Below are positions 52,160 through 63,257 of a stretch of DNA of 64,000 nt, piece after piece. A model generated the notes under the pieces. The model ran no database searches and had not been told where the DNA came from. It saw only the letters and a program-made list of their open reading frames with translations. Origin of the DNA: Callorhinchus milii (Eukaryota); the NCBI RefSeq assembly GCF_018977255.1, contig NW_024704743.1, positions 110,238,001-110,302,000 of the forward strand. The letters are read 5' to 3'. Made by a program: the position numbers and the translations under genes. Every line of letters starts with the position of its first letter. The first letter of the stretch is position 1.

Positions 52160-52450
52160 TGCCTCTGCTCTACTGGCTCTGGCCTCCTCCTTGTCCCTCA
52201 AATTCTTTGCTCCACCATCGGCAGCCATGTCTTCAGCCACTACGCCCCAAAGCTATGGAAGTTCCTCCCTCAATCCCTTTGCCTTGCCCCCTCTTTCCCC
52301 ATTTTCAGGTTGCAACTGAAGACCTTCCTCTTCGACCATGCCTATGATCACCCTTCCCCTCCCCCTGGCTCAGCATCGGGCCCCACTATTGTTAAGCACT
52401 CTGGGACGCCGTCTGGCGTGGAGGCTACTATATAAATGCAAGTTGTTGTT
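52160..52450 (+). mobile_element. L2 LINE 3' end
   Basis: ctccaccatcggcagccatgtcttcagccactacgccc...gaagaccttcctcttcgacc...ctatataaatgcaagttgttgttg. Confidence 0.8.
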
Positions 52451-53039
52451 GACCTTCATTTTGAGCTCATAGTCTGAACTGACGCTTCAATGCAGTGCTG
52501 GAGATGCACTGAGTTGTCAGAGGCGCAGTCCTCCAGATGAGATGTTAAACCAAGGTGTTCAAAGACATAAAACTGAGATGTTATAGATCCTGTGGCACTG
52601 TTCAACAAAGAGATGGGAGTTCCTCCTGGTGCTCAGGTTAAGGCTGTCTTAGGCCGGTGTGCATTAACTGGTGTAGCATAAGGAAATAAAGAATATTTTA
52701 CCAGATACATGACTAGTTTTTAATCCATCTTGTTTTTTGTATCTGAACAGGGTGATTAATTTTAAAAAAAAACTGTGTTGAATATTTATTGTAGTGAGAC
52801 AAGTAACAAATACATTCAAGCCCTGTGTTAAATGGAGCATGAAATATACATGCAAATACAATTAAATACAGTTAAATATTTACCCTGCTACAAAATACCT
52901 TGAGTTATCCAATATGTTTTTGGCAACCAACTCTTATTCACGTCGGTGAGTTTGTGTTTCACTGAATTCTCTTAACAGAAATCTGCTGTCATTTCCATTT
53001 ATCTTAATTGTGATAATAAATAATAATAATCCTCCAATG

Positions 53040-53390
53040 ATAATAATAAATAATAATAATCTTTGCATTTGTTATAACACTCATAAAGTCAAAACGCTTC
53101 AAACCTGTTCACAGAATTTTATTGCATAACATAGTGACTGTATTTTGTAGGCGAACATGGCACCCAGTTTGCACATAGCAATTTTCCCACAAACAGCCAT
53201 GACGTAAATGGCCTGGCCTATTGTCAGCCAGGACACAGGGAGAAATTCCCTTCTCTTTTCAAATAATGCCATGGGATCTTTAACATTCACTTGAACAGGC
53301 AAACAAGACCTCACTGCAACATTTCATCCATAGGGCAGCACCTCTGACAATGCAGCACTCCCCAGGACTGCATTGCAGGGTCAGCATGGA
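53040..53390 (-). mobile_element. SINE family B (Deu-like)
   Basis: tgccatgggatctttaacattcacttgaacaggc core plus shared tail. Confidence 0.8.
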
Positions 53391-54909
53391 CCTTCTGATA
53401 AAGCATCTTATCATTTCAAAACATCTCAAAGAACTTCACAGGTGATTGCTGTCAAGTGATGAGACTGTGTATCAGTATGCAAACAAGCCAAATTTGCAGA
53501 TATTTTAGTTTACCCACAGAAGGATATTAGGATGTGAAACTCTATCAAAAACATTGATTGAAGCAGAATGCATAATGATTCTAAAAGCAAATTGAACCAA
53601 TATTTGAAAAGAATAGATTAAAAAAAGTATGGGGGAGAAGGTCAAGGGCTTGGAAACATTTTCCTGGCGTGAATGGTGCTTTATAACCGTAAACTGTTGT
53701 ATTGTGTTGTTAGAGAGTTAGTCTAAATGGATGGTTCTTTCAGATTTTCTGGCACAGATACAAAGGCCTCTTTCTGTGCTGTCATACAATGATTACCTCC
53801 TAGCTCAAGCTCCACTCAGTTGACAAAACACTTTGAGATGTGAAAGGTGAAATAATGGTGCAAATTATTGTGTGCGTGTGAGGGGAGGTGGGGGTTTGAG
53901 GGGGGGAGACTACACGGGAGTGGTGGGGCACTGTCCTATGACCTGAAGCTTTTGGAAGTGCTCATTGTAATCTGGAAATTTTTCCCACTAGCAGCCTCCA
54001 CTCCACTCTTGTTTCCGAAAGTGGAAAAACACCATTTCTTCTTCTGCTTCCCGGGATAGACAGAATGGTAATTTGATAATGTATCAGGTACACAGTTAGT
54101 TTTGAGGAACCATAATCTCATTTCGTTTAATCTGAGCAACATGTACACAGTGTTTGAAACAAAAACAGCGCAAAAGATATTCATTACTCTGAGGCCAGCA
54201 ACAAATAGATTTGGGCCTTATGTTAAATGGAGTTTGAAATAACACACGCAAATGCAGTTATATGTTTACCCTCCTGGAACAGAGCCTTGAGTTGTAAAAT
54301 GCATTTTAAAGCAACCAGATGACAATCTTTGAAAAGGTGGTGAAATGCCAACATCTGTTGAGGTGGGTGAAAATTCTTGGGTGTCATTAATAAGAGGTGC
54401 TGGCATTATAGGAACAGGATCAAACCCAACCATTGGGCTGAAGTCAGGAGGGTGATAAACTTCTAAAAATGGTGGCTACCACTGCCTTCGGGCCCAACCA
54501 TTTCTGTGAGTGTGTGTGTGAATGAGGAGGGCAGAGGGGATAGAAAGTGTTCATATGGAGGACTGAACAGAAACCAACTGTGGATCAAAACAACAGCAGC
54601 AACTTGTGCTTATGTAACACCCTTCATGTAGGTAATACCTTGGAGAGATTCACAATGATAGGGTTAACCCCAAGTGGGGGATTGCTGTGAGTCCCTGCCC
54701 TCTCTGCATCACCATTGATGGCTGAGCTTTCTGGTTCTATGCCCCTAATTCCATCGCTGGAGGAGCGCTCCATCATCAGAGGTGCCGTCCTTTAGATGAA
54801 ACGTCTATTGCCTTTCCTCCATGGTCCACTCCATGTAGTTTCATTCTAATCTGTTTTAACACCATCACTACATCTCATCCAAAGGTTTCTCAGCTTGTGG
54901 TGACATAGT

Positions 54910-55300
54910 GTGTCAGCCTAGCTCAGTTGGTTGCACTCTCACTTCTGAGTCAGCAATTTCAATCTCTACAACAGGATTTGGAACTCATACAGTGTAAGAT
55001 GACACTCCAAGGCAGTGCTGGGATGTGCTGCAATGTCAAAGGTGCCATCCTTCGGATGAGGCAAACCCGTCTGCCTGTTTAGGTGGACATTAAAGATCCC
55101 GTGGCACAATTGAAAAAGAGTTTCTGCTGCTGCCCTGGCAAAGAATCCTTTCATTAAATTAAACATTAACCTCCTGACTGTTTGCAGCACGATGATGCGT
55201 GCAAATTGCCTGCCATATTCGCTTACAAATACGTGATCACTAAACTTAAGAGTAATTACTGTGTAATGCTTTGAGATGTTTTGGCTTGACAAGGATCATT
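54910..55300 (+). mobile_element. SINE family B (Deu-like), diverged
   Basis: gtcagcctagctcagttggttgcactctcacttctgagtcag head; ctgcctgtttaggtggacattaaagatcccgtggcac core. Confidence 0.8.
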
Positions 55301-56086
55301 ATTATAACTTGAATTTGGAAGTCAAATTTTGGATGAGGGGGCGGGGGAGTGGAGGGGGGAATATAAACCAGGTTGAACATTTGAGAAAGACTATTGAAAA
55401 AGACTCCATGCCCGTTTGAAATAGTGACGGAAGTGCTGTCCTTTTACTTCTGTCTGAATCACACGGCAGAACAGAACTTGAAATCACATATGCAAGGTAG
55501 GAACAAGCTCTGAAATCATTAGGTGGGTGGAAAAATTAATTCAATGATAAGGGCGAAATGAAATAAAGTGCAGTGCAATCTAATTACCAAACTGCCATAT
55601 GACTAATCTTTATCTCAAGAGCAAGCACAGAATAATAGTTGAGACCTTTCCAATGAAACAGTAAAAGACCAATTTATTCTGGTTCTGAGACACCTGAAAG
55701 AAGAGTTGTTATTCTCATTAGCCAGTCGCCTTCCTGGGTGTAACTAATAAGAATGCCTTTTCTTTAAGCCTTTGGCTGAAGCGAATCAGTTAAGCAATTA
55801 AAGAGGGTTTAATGAAAAGTCTAATGTGGAACATATGCATTTGTCATTGTAGTCAAATCTACTCCAAGGTGATCATTATGGCTTTCACTTGCTTAGAAAC
55901 AACGAGACTACACGGAACTGGAAAAGGCCAGCAGTGTAGGAATTAAAGTATTGAGGGAACGGGGGCTTGTGGGAGTTTTATAATACATGGGACATGGAGT
56001 AGCTGTGGTGGAGCGGGTTTGATGGCCTGCAATGGCCCATCCTAAATCCTAAACTGCTCACATTCCTGTGCAACCATCTACCTGAT

Positions 56087-56560
56087 TATACAATGCAATA
56101 TAAAATTACATTTGTATAGTGCCTTTCACATCGGGAGGACGTCCCAAGGTACTGGACAGTCAGGGATTTGGACACGTGCTGGGGGTCGGGATCGGGGAGG
56201 GTGTAGGGCAGGGAGGGTAGAAGGGTGGCCGAAGGCTCGATCGAAGAGAAAGAGGAAGGTTTTGAGACATGCCTTGAAGGAGGCAAGGGAGGGAGAGAGA
56301 AGAAGGGAATGTGGGAAGGGTGTCCAAAGGGTGGGGGCAGAGAGGCTGAAGGCCCAATCGGTGATGGTGAGGCGGGCCTGGCGGTAGACGTGGAGCAGGA
56401 GGGAGCATACTGGTTGATATGGGGTCAGCAGGTTGCAGCAGGTTGGGAAGAAGGGAGGAGCAAGGCCATGGAGGGCCTTGAAGATGAGGATAAGGATTTT
56501 TAACTCAATCCTTTGAGGGATGGGGAGCTAGTGGAGCCGGGCAAGGGTGAGGGTGATGGT
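56087..56560 (-). mobile_element. L2 LINE 3' end
   Basis: Reverse complement of ...aaaatccttatcctcatcttcaaggccctccatggccttgctcc...ccttgggacgtcctcccgatgtgaaaggcactatacaaatgtaa. Confidence 0.85.
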
Positions 56561-57841
56561 TTCACTTTCTGAAATACTGCTGCTCGCCAATCACTGACCC
56601 CCAGCATTGTATTGGGGTCTGAGCTTACAATATATGAGTTCCAAGTCCCGAGAGAGAGCTGGGAAATGGGATTCATAAAAATAAGTATGATAGATAAATC
56701 GGTAGCTATCTTATGGATGTGATGGCCTGACCAGTCTCCTTCTGTGCAGAAAATGTCCACATTTTGCTGTTGGGCATTCAGAGCACTGCTGCTTGTCCAG
56801 CTAGGACCACTCTGTTCATTGGGGATTAGTTTGTGAGGGTTAACAGAAGTTTGGAACAATCCCTGCCCACACGTCCCTCATGAGCAATGAAAGGACAGAG
56901 AAGTGGAGGAGAGAGAGCAGATTGTGATGCACGAACGCACACTCTTGAATGAAATGAAACTTTAAATCCATGGAATCGCTTTTAGTCAGCGGCTCAAAGA
57001 TGTCACGATGAATCATACCCTCCGCAGGAACCTCATTAAAATATTCCACTTCAATTCAATAACCTTTGCAGAAAACATTTCTATCCCTGTTACTTCTCAG
57101 AAGAAAATCTAAAGAATTATAAATAAAGATTGTAGCCATAGCCTCCGTTGGTTATAACTGTGCCAGATTGTACACTCAAAGCCATAATACAGTATTCCTT
57201 GCACCTTCATATGTAGAACTTTGAAAAGTCTTAAGTACCTCATGTAGAATTGCTGTGCTGTTTATTTTGTAGGCAAACGCGACAGCCAATTTGTGCACAA
57301 CAATGTTCAGCAAAAGGCCTTGAAGTGAAGGATCAGTTTCTAATACAATGATATTAATTCTTGCATTTGGTATAGCACTTCATCATGTCTTCGAGGTGTC
57401 TCAAAGTGCTTCACAGAATATACTGTAAAGTGAATTGACTATATATATTGTGGGCGAAACTCACCAGTTAACGCATAAGAAATTCAGCCACATTGTTTTA
57501 TTAGTGACGGTCATTAACATCCTACTAACAAGTCTACATCTATAGTATCTCATATGGGCTTAAGCCAAATGTCTTAAGAAACTCGAAACATTTTTTTCAA
57601 GCATCATTCACTGAGGCTTTTATTCACTGACAACAAATCAACAAGATATGAGGAGGTGGAGTGGAGACAGGGATCATATGGAGAAGAGGGGTGGCAGTGT
57701 GACAGTGACAATAGAAGATGAGACAGAACTGGCGTTGCAGGCTTTATTCATGGCAGTCAAGATTCTATTCTTGGTCCCTCGGTACAGCAGACGAAGAGAT
57801 GCTGGATCCCTCGGGACAGGAGAGAAGAGGAAGACTTGTCG

Positions 57842-58198
57842 GGGCCTTGCCTCCTCCTACCTCTCCAACTTGCTCACCCCTTATCAACCTGTCCACTCCC
57901 TCCACTCAGCAGGTTCCAGTCTGCTTCATGTTCCCCGTCCGGTATGCCCCACCATCGGCGGTCAGGCCTTCAGCCTCTCTGCTCCCACCTTCTGGAACTC
58001 CATCCCACATTCCCATTGCCCTGCTCCCTCCCTTACCTCCTTCAAGGTATGCCTCAAGATCCTCCTCTTCGACCGTGCCTTTGGGCCACCCACCTACCCT
58101 CTGTCCTCCACTCTCCCTGATCCCAAACCTCCCACCATCACTCGGGTCCTAATCCCTGACTGTTCAGCGCCTTGGGACGTCCTCCCGCATGAAAGGTG
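57842..58198 (+). mobile_element. L2 LINE 3' end
   Basis: GLASSYLSNLL...PTIGGQAFSLSAPTFWNSIP...KILLFDRAFG; gccttgggacgtcctcccgcatgaaagg. Confidence 0.85.
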
Positions 58199-58364
58199 AT
58201 TGACGAATGTCATTTTGTACTGTGTTGTATTTGTGAGGGAACCACATCACACATCACTACACCACAAACCACATCTCTAGCTATTTCACTAACCACATCA
58301 GTAATCACATCAATGACTAAATCACTAACCTTATCACCATTATTCTTATTTATTTTTTTTGCAG

Positions 58365-58440
58365 AGACCCGGGAAAATCTGGTCATCCTGGGTAACCAGG
58401 AGACAGGGCCTCTCCGGGAGTGGGGCTTCCTGGAGCGCAA
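58365..58440 (+). pseudogene. Isolated collagen-like (Gly-X-Y) exon with in-frame stop
   Basis: T-rich tract plus CAG acceptor (58362-58364) and GTAAGT donor (58441-58446). Reads DP-GKS-GHP-G*P-GDR-ASP-GV-GLP-GAQ, with TAA at 58393-58395 and a length of 76 nt. Confidence 0.6.
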
Positions 58441-58969
58441 GTAAGTAACCAGAGTTGTCTCCTTAAACAGTTCCATTTAGCCGGCATTCCACACTTGTCC
58501 AGTACCTGAGACAGGGCACTGCTGATGACAACACAGGCTCAACAGCACGATTTGGAGTTGCAGACCAGGCACTGTGGGGAGAGAATCCTCCTACTCAGCT
58601 TCTGTTAACTCTACAAGCTAAGACATCCAACCAAGGATCATTGGCAAGGTCACTGAATTCTGATTAATTGTTCTTTCCCTACCTACCCACTCCCCTCTGC
58701 TCCTCGTCCCTGACAAAGAGGACATTGAGGTCTCTTGTTGGCCTGGCTGCTGCCTTGTTGAGGTAACACAGCACAGATTGGGAACTCAAACCTATGACCT
58801 CCCGATCTATAAGCATCTTTGCTGCACTGAGGGGAACCTGTACCCAACCAGGCCATTTGGAAAGCTGAAGTCTTGTGCTGAAACTTGAATCTGTTCCACA
58901 GGGTGATGGCAGGGACTCGGATTGTTGGATTGTTACATGAGATGATTCTATAAAGGAAACAAGGCATTC

Positions 58970-59370
58970 AGTCTGGTCTAACTGTGTGGCGCAGTCGGTA
59001 GCACTCTTGCCTCAGAGTCATGTGGTTGTGAATTCAAGCCCCTCATCGGGACTTTGAACTCATATTGTCCAGGCTGATTGTCGGAGGTACTCTCCTTCAG
59101 ATAAGATGTTAAACTGAGGCCTCGTCTGTGCTTGTTCAGGTGGACATTAAAGATCCCATGGTGTTAATGGAAAAGAGAAGCGAGTATCTCTCTCCCAGTG
59201 TCCTGACCCACAATTGATCACTCACTTCAAGGCTGTTTGCAGGTCATTGCTGTGCGCAAATTGGCTGCAGCCATCAGCCACATAACACGCAGTCACTACA
59301 CTGTAAATCCTGTGAGCTCTTTGAGATATGTTAACCTGAAAGGCAGTGTGTAAATGTGAGGATTATTATT
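58970..59370 (+). mobile_element. SINE family B (Deu-like), near full length
   Basis: ggcgcagtcggtagcactcttgcctcagagtc head; ttgttcaggtggacattaaagatcccatgg core; tail gtaaatgtgaggattattatt. Confidence 0.85.
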
Positions 59371-59654
59371 CTAAATTCAGGTGATCACACAGGGTGTTGC
59401 CTGGTCCTTTACATTCCATGCTCCTAAAAGCACCACAATTCACATACAGACCTCAATTCTTAATTAAAATAAAATCACAAGGGTAATCATTCTGCCTAAA
59501 AGACAAAGGCTGGCTCAGTGATCTTGCTTTACTTACCGACATTATCAGACACCGGGACATTGTATCTTAACAGCCTCAAATCACGCTAGCAAGGAAAGGA
59601 TTGCCTTTCCCCAACTCTGTTTAATTTAATATCAGCTTTCAAGGACAGACTTAA

Positions 59655-60177
59655 GCTTTTGTTGAACGTTTTGTCTCGAAAAAATTCAATTTCGAAAAAT
59701 ATCAGAACACGATTTCTTCACTGATTAATTCCTTTCATGCCCGTTTTCAAGATTTTAAAGAAGACAAAGACAATATAGTACTTTTCATCAGCCCTTTCTC
59801 TATTTCAGACACCAGGATTGAACATAAGCCACCAGAAATGCAGTTGCAAATTTAGGAACTTAAAAATCATTCAGGCCCACATAGCAAATTCAAAGAACTG
59901 TGTGCTTGTCCTGTTAGGCAGGACTTGAAGTCGTTTGGGAAATTTGTCCCTAAGAGTGATTTTCCTAAATTGCCTGACCATGCTCTTCGACATGTGTGCA
60001 GATTCGGATCCACCTACACCTGTGAGCAGTCCTTTTCCACCAAGAACTTCACAAGAAAAATACCATTCCAAACTAACAGATGATCACCTTAGCAATCTTC
60101 TTCTACTGCTGTGCTCAACACCGAATCCAAATATTGAAGATATCGTGAACAAAAAAACTAATTCAGAATCCCATTAG
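59655..60177 (+). pseudogene. Decayed hAT transposase C-terminal part (Charlie/SPIN/GTF2IRD2-like) including the dimerisation domain
   Basis: My translation: SLINSFHARFQDFKE...LFISPFS...PPEMQLQI*ELK...FPKL...RFGSTYTCEQSFS, then a frameshift near 60050, then KYHSKLTDDHL...PNIEDIVNKK..ESH*. Internal TAG at 59853-59855. Confidence 0.88.
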
Positions 60178-60316
60178 GTAACTTGTTTGGATATTTCCTT
60201 GTGAATTTCTTAATAAAAGCATCTTTCTTTTCCAGTAATATTTTTCTTTTCTTTTTAATTTTTTTTTTTTTAGTGGTACGGCACTATGTCTTGGGAACAC
60301 ACTGTGGCCACCTTAG

Positions 60317-60336
60317 CAAAAGGTTGGCCACCACTG
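60317..60336 (+). mobile_element. Right terminal inverted repeat of the hAT element
   Basis: caaaaggttggccaccactg (reverse complement CAGTGGTGGCCAACCTTTTG), followed by acctagac, which resembles the Charlie-type NTCTAGAN target. Confidence 0.75.
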
Positions 60337-60849
60337 ACCTAGACAGTGATACTAAAAATCCCGATGTGGGGCTGGAAGCTACAAGCTCCTGAGAGAGTGC
60401 GCCTGCCAGAGCCCTGCAGTGCCTGCTTCCAGCCATCTGGTGACTACACATGTATTCTGCACTGGGAGCCTTCGCTGCAACTGTGCAGCCAGGCTGTTTG
60501 GCTTCAGGAGATGTCTGCACACCCATGGCCGGCTGTGGGTCGCCACAGGGTTGTCTGCCTCTGACACTACCAGGGTGGCCACTCAGAGACAGCTCAGGCC
60601 CACGGAAACCCCGTTCTGATCCTCCGGGGGGCTGGGGCTCAAGGATCTCCAGTCACCTGGTCTGTAGGGGACGGTAGGGCTAAGGGTCAGGACAAAGGGG
60701 AGTCCCCAACCTCACCCCATTCCAGCATCTTGGTTCGTCCTCCCGATGTGAAAGGTGCTATCCAAATGTAATTTTGTATTGTCATGTATTCATCAACTAA
60801 CGGCATCTTTACTCTATTCCTGGTAGGGTGGGGGGTGGGGAATGCACGC

Positions 60850-61090
60850 ACTCACTGACCCACACCACCCACTCACTCACTCTCTCATTTTCCCATTCAC
60901 TTTCTCACTCATTCCCTCACTCATTTACTTGTTTGCTCAGTCAGTCACTTACTCATTTTCTCACTCACTCATTTTCTCGTTCACTGCTTACTCACTCACA
61001 CTCTTGCTCACTCACTCAGCCCCTCAGACCACATGGGAATCACCTGTCAGAGGTGTGAGTGATTGAGTGTGTGAGTGTGTGTGAGTGTGT
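60850..61090. repeat. (CTCA)n low-complexity tract followed by the complementary (GTGA/GT)n tract
   Basis: Direct reading of the sequence. Confidence 0.8.
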
Positions 61091-61129
61091 GGAAGGGCCT
61101 GGATGCAATTCCTGCCAGCCATGGAGGAG

Positions 61130-62410
61130 TGTTGGGATTTCCAATCCCTGAGTTCGAAATATGACCCGACAATCCAAAGTGGTGTAACAAAGTTTTATTG
61201 AACAATTAGTCAAATATAAGTATTTACACAATCAAAGCATACTACCTGTTCCGATGACTCTGGGCAACGACCATCTGACCTCCATCCTTGTCTTTCTTCT
61301 GGCTGCTGCTGACCACTACTTTTTTTCTTTCTTACTGGAGATAAATTCCCTCACCCTGTACATATACATAGATACAAAAGAAATCAAATTGATTCTACTG
61401 GGAAGTGCACTGACCCTCTACACAACTCCAACTATTTCAAAGTTACATCTTTTATATGCTTCTAACTCCACCTCCCCTTGTCACAGAGATAGCCCTCAAC
61501 CTTCGCAGGCTGCTAGCGACCTTTGAGCAGGCTCCTTTCGCATGGGAAAATATCTGAAAGGAGAAAGAGATATGGACAACTTCTGGGCAGCTTCCACAAC
61601 CTGCTTGTTTCTCAGCCTTGAGATAGGCAGGTATTGAGACTGTAGCCGTTTAATCAAAAGCTGACCTCAACCGGACGTCTGTCCAGCAAAGCTACTTTTA
61701 ACCATTTAACTATCAAACCTTCTGGAACATTCGGTTGCTGTTTGAAATATACCAATGTATCCCGAGGTGATAAGTCAATTTACTTCAACAGGAAGTGTTT
61801 TCAGGGCTAATGAGATCATAACAGTTCTCAGAAATGGGAACAGGTTATTAAAGATAAACACCTTTACCCTATTTATAATGCCAATAATGCCCTGGCTTAC
61901 TGGACTCCGAGGATCTGGAATTTATACCTGGCTGGACCGGACCCCAAACCTAAAACAAATGTCCACTGATCCACACATGTACCCTCCACCTGGCCCAGTC
62001 TCCTTGTGCCAACTCCACACTGAGCAGCCTCGCCATCCTCGCTGCCCTCCACAGTGGCCAAGGATAGACACTTTGACTCACATTGTTAGAATCCCGCTTA
62101 TTCATTACCTTTTTTCCCATTATCTCCCGCTTGTGGGATTCAAACAATTACGATGCCAGTACCGGCACAGCCAGACCCGAGCTCCCTTCCTCCCCATTAG
62201 ACTAAACTTGACAATCATTCTGTAAAGAGCTTTGACACTTGGGAAGAGTTCCTCCTTCTCCATTTCAGCCTTGAGTCCCTCCCTGGTCACTAGTTGGTCA
62301 ATAGTTGGTCATTCGACATCCGACAAGCGCAGGTTTGAGCTCTCACTAGGTGGGTATCAGGAACTCCCTGCAAGCTTCCCGATTGGCAAATCATGAAATG
62401 CATGACAACA
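61130..62410 (-). mobile_element. Probable solo LTR (Gypsy or ERV type)
   Basis: TGTTG...CAACA ends; in minus-strand order CCAAT (~62382-62386), TATAAATA (61870-61877) and AATAAA (61194-61199) ~65 bp from the end; free of SINE/LINE inserts. No clean TSD, and the right boundary is uncertain. Confidence 0.5.
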
Positions 62411-63059
62411 TTGCCAACATCATCCTGTCCACAGCTCTGGCAGACATCCCTTCCTCCCTCCTATAGCACTGCACTGGACTATAACCCAGCAAAGCTATAA
62501 CCCAGAACTCTTCTGATTTAGAAACCAGAGTGCTACCCACTGAGCCAGGCTGGTGTAAAATTAAGGGCTTCTGTTAAGAAATACCACAAATTGCACCTCA
62601 ATATCATTAGGTACAGAAAACTATAGGGAAAAAGGTGGAATTGTGTGTGTCCAATGTGTACCAGCCACTGATCCCTTAGGAAAATGTAATCTTTTCTGGT
62701 TAGTTTTATTGATTTGGGCCTCGAGCTTTTAATGCACAATTTCAACGGGAGATTGGAAGAGTGGTGATGGATGGTATGTGCTTTCATTGCCCCAGAGGCC
62801 ACTTCCAGTGGTGTGGCAAGGACCAGACACATGGGAATAACAGATAAGGATGAGCCTTGCATTTGATTCAGTGATTCATAACATCATAGGCTTAATCAGG
62901 TTGTGCATTTGCGGATGAAAGCAGCAGCTAATTAGCACAAGGGCAATGTTATCATCCACAAAACATACATCAATGCACCTTAGAGTATATTCTGTGAAGC
63001 GCTTTGAGAAGTCTCGAAGATGTGATGAGGCGCTATATCAAATGCAAGGATTATTATTA

Positions 63060-63255
63060 GTGTGTCACAAACAGCCATGAATGATCAATTTTTATCTGGA
63101 TGACTGTTGGCCAGGACCATGTGAGAAAAACTCCCTTCTATCCTAATTGTATAATGGGATTTTTAACATCCAGCTGAACAGGCAGTCAGAACTTCTTTAA
63201 CATCAAGTTTAACATCTTGGATAAAGGACAGCAGCACTGACAATGCACTCTCAGC
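63060..63255 (-). mobile_element. SINE family B (Deu-like) fragment
   Basis: gttggccaggacc...atgggatttttaacatccagctgaacaggcag. Confidence 0.7.
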
Positions 63256-63257
63256 AG

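Noticed and set aside
57648..58199. 183-aa ATG ORF
   Set aside because: The C-terminal two thirds is an L2 3' fragment; the N-terminal part has no recognisable motif.
1765..63058. Recurring ccttgcatttgatatag motif as a CRISPR-like or regulatory array
   Set aside because: Irregular spacing, both orientations and embedding in SINE tails; the context is eukaryotic.
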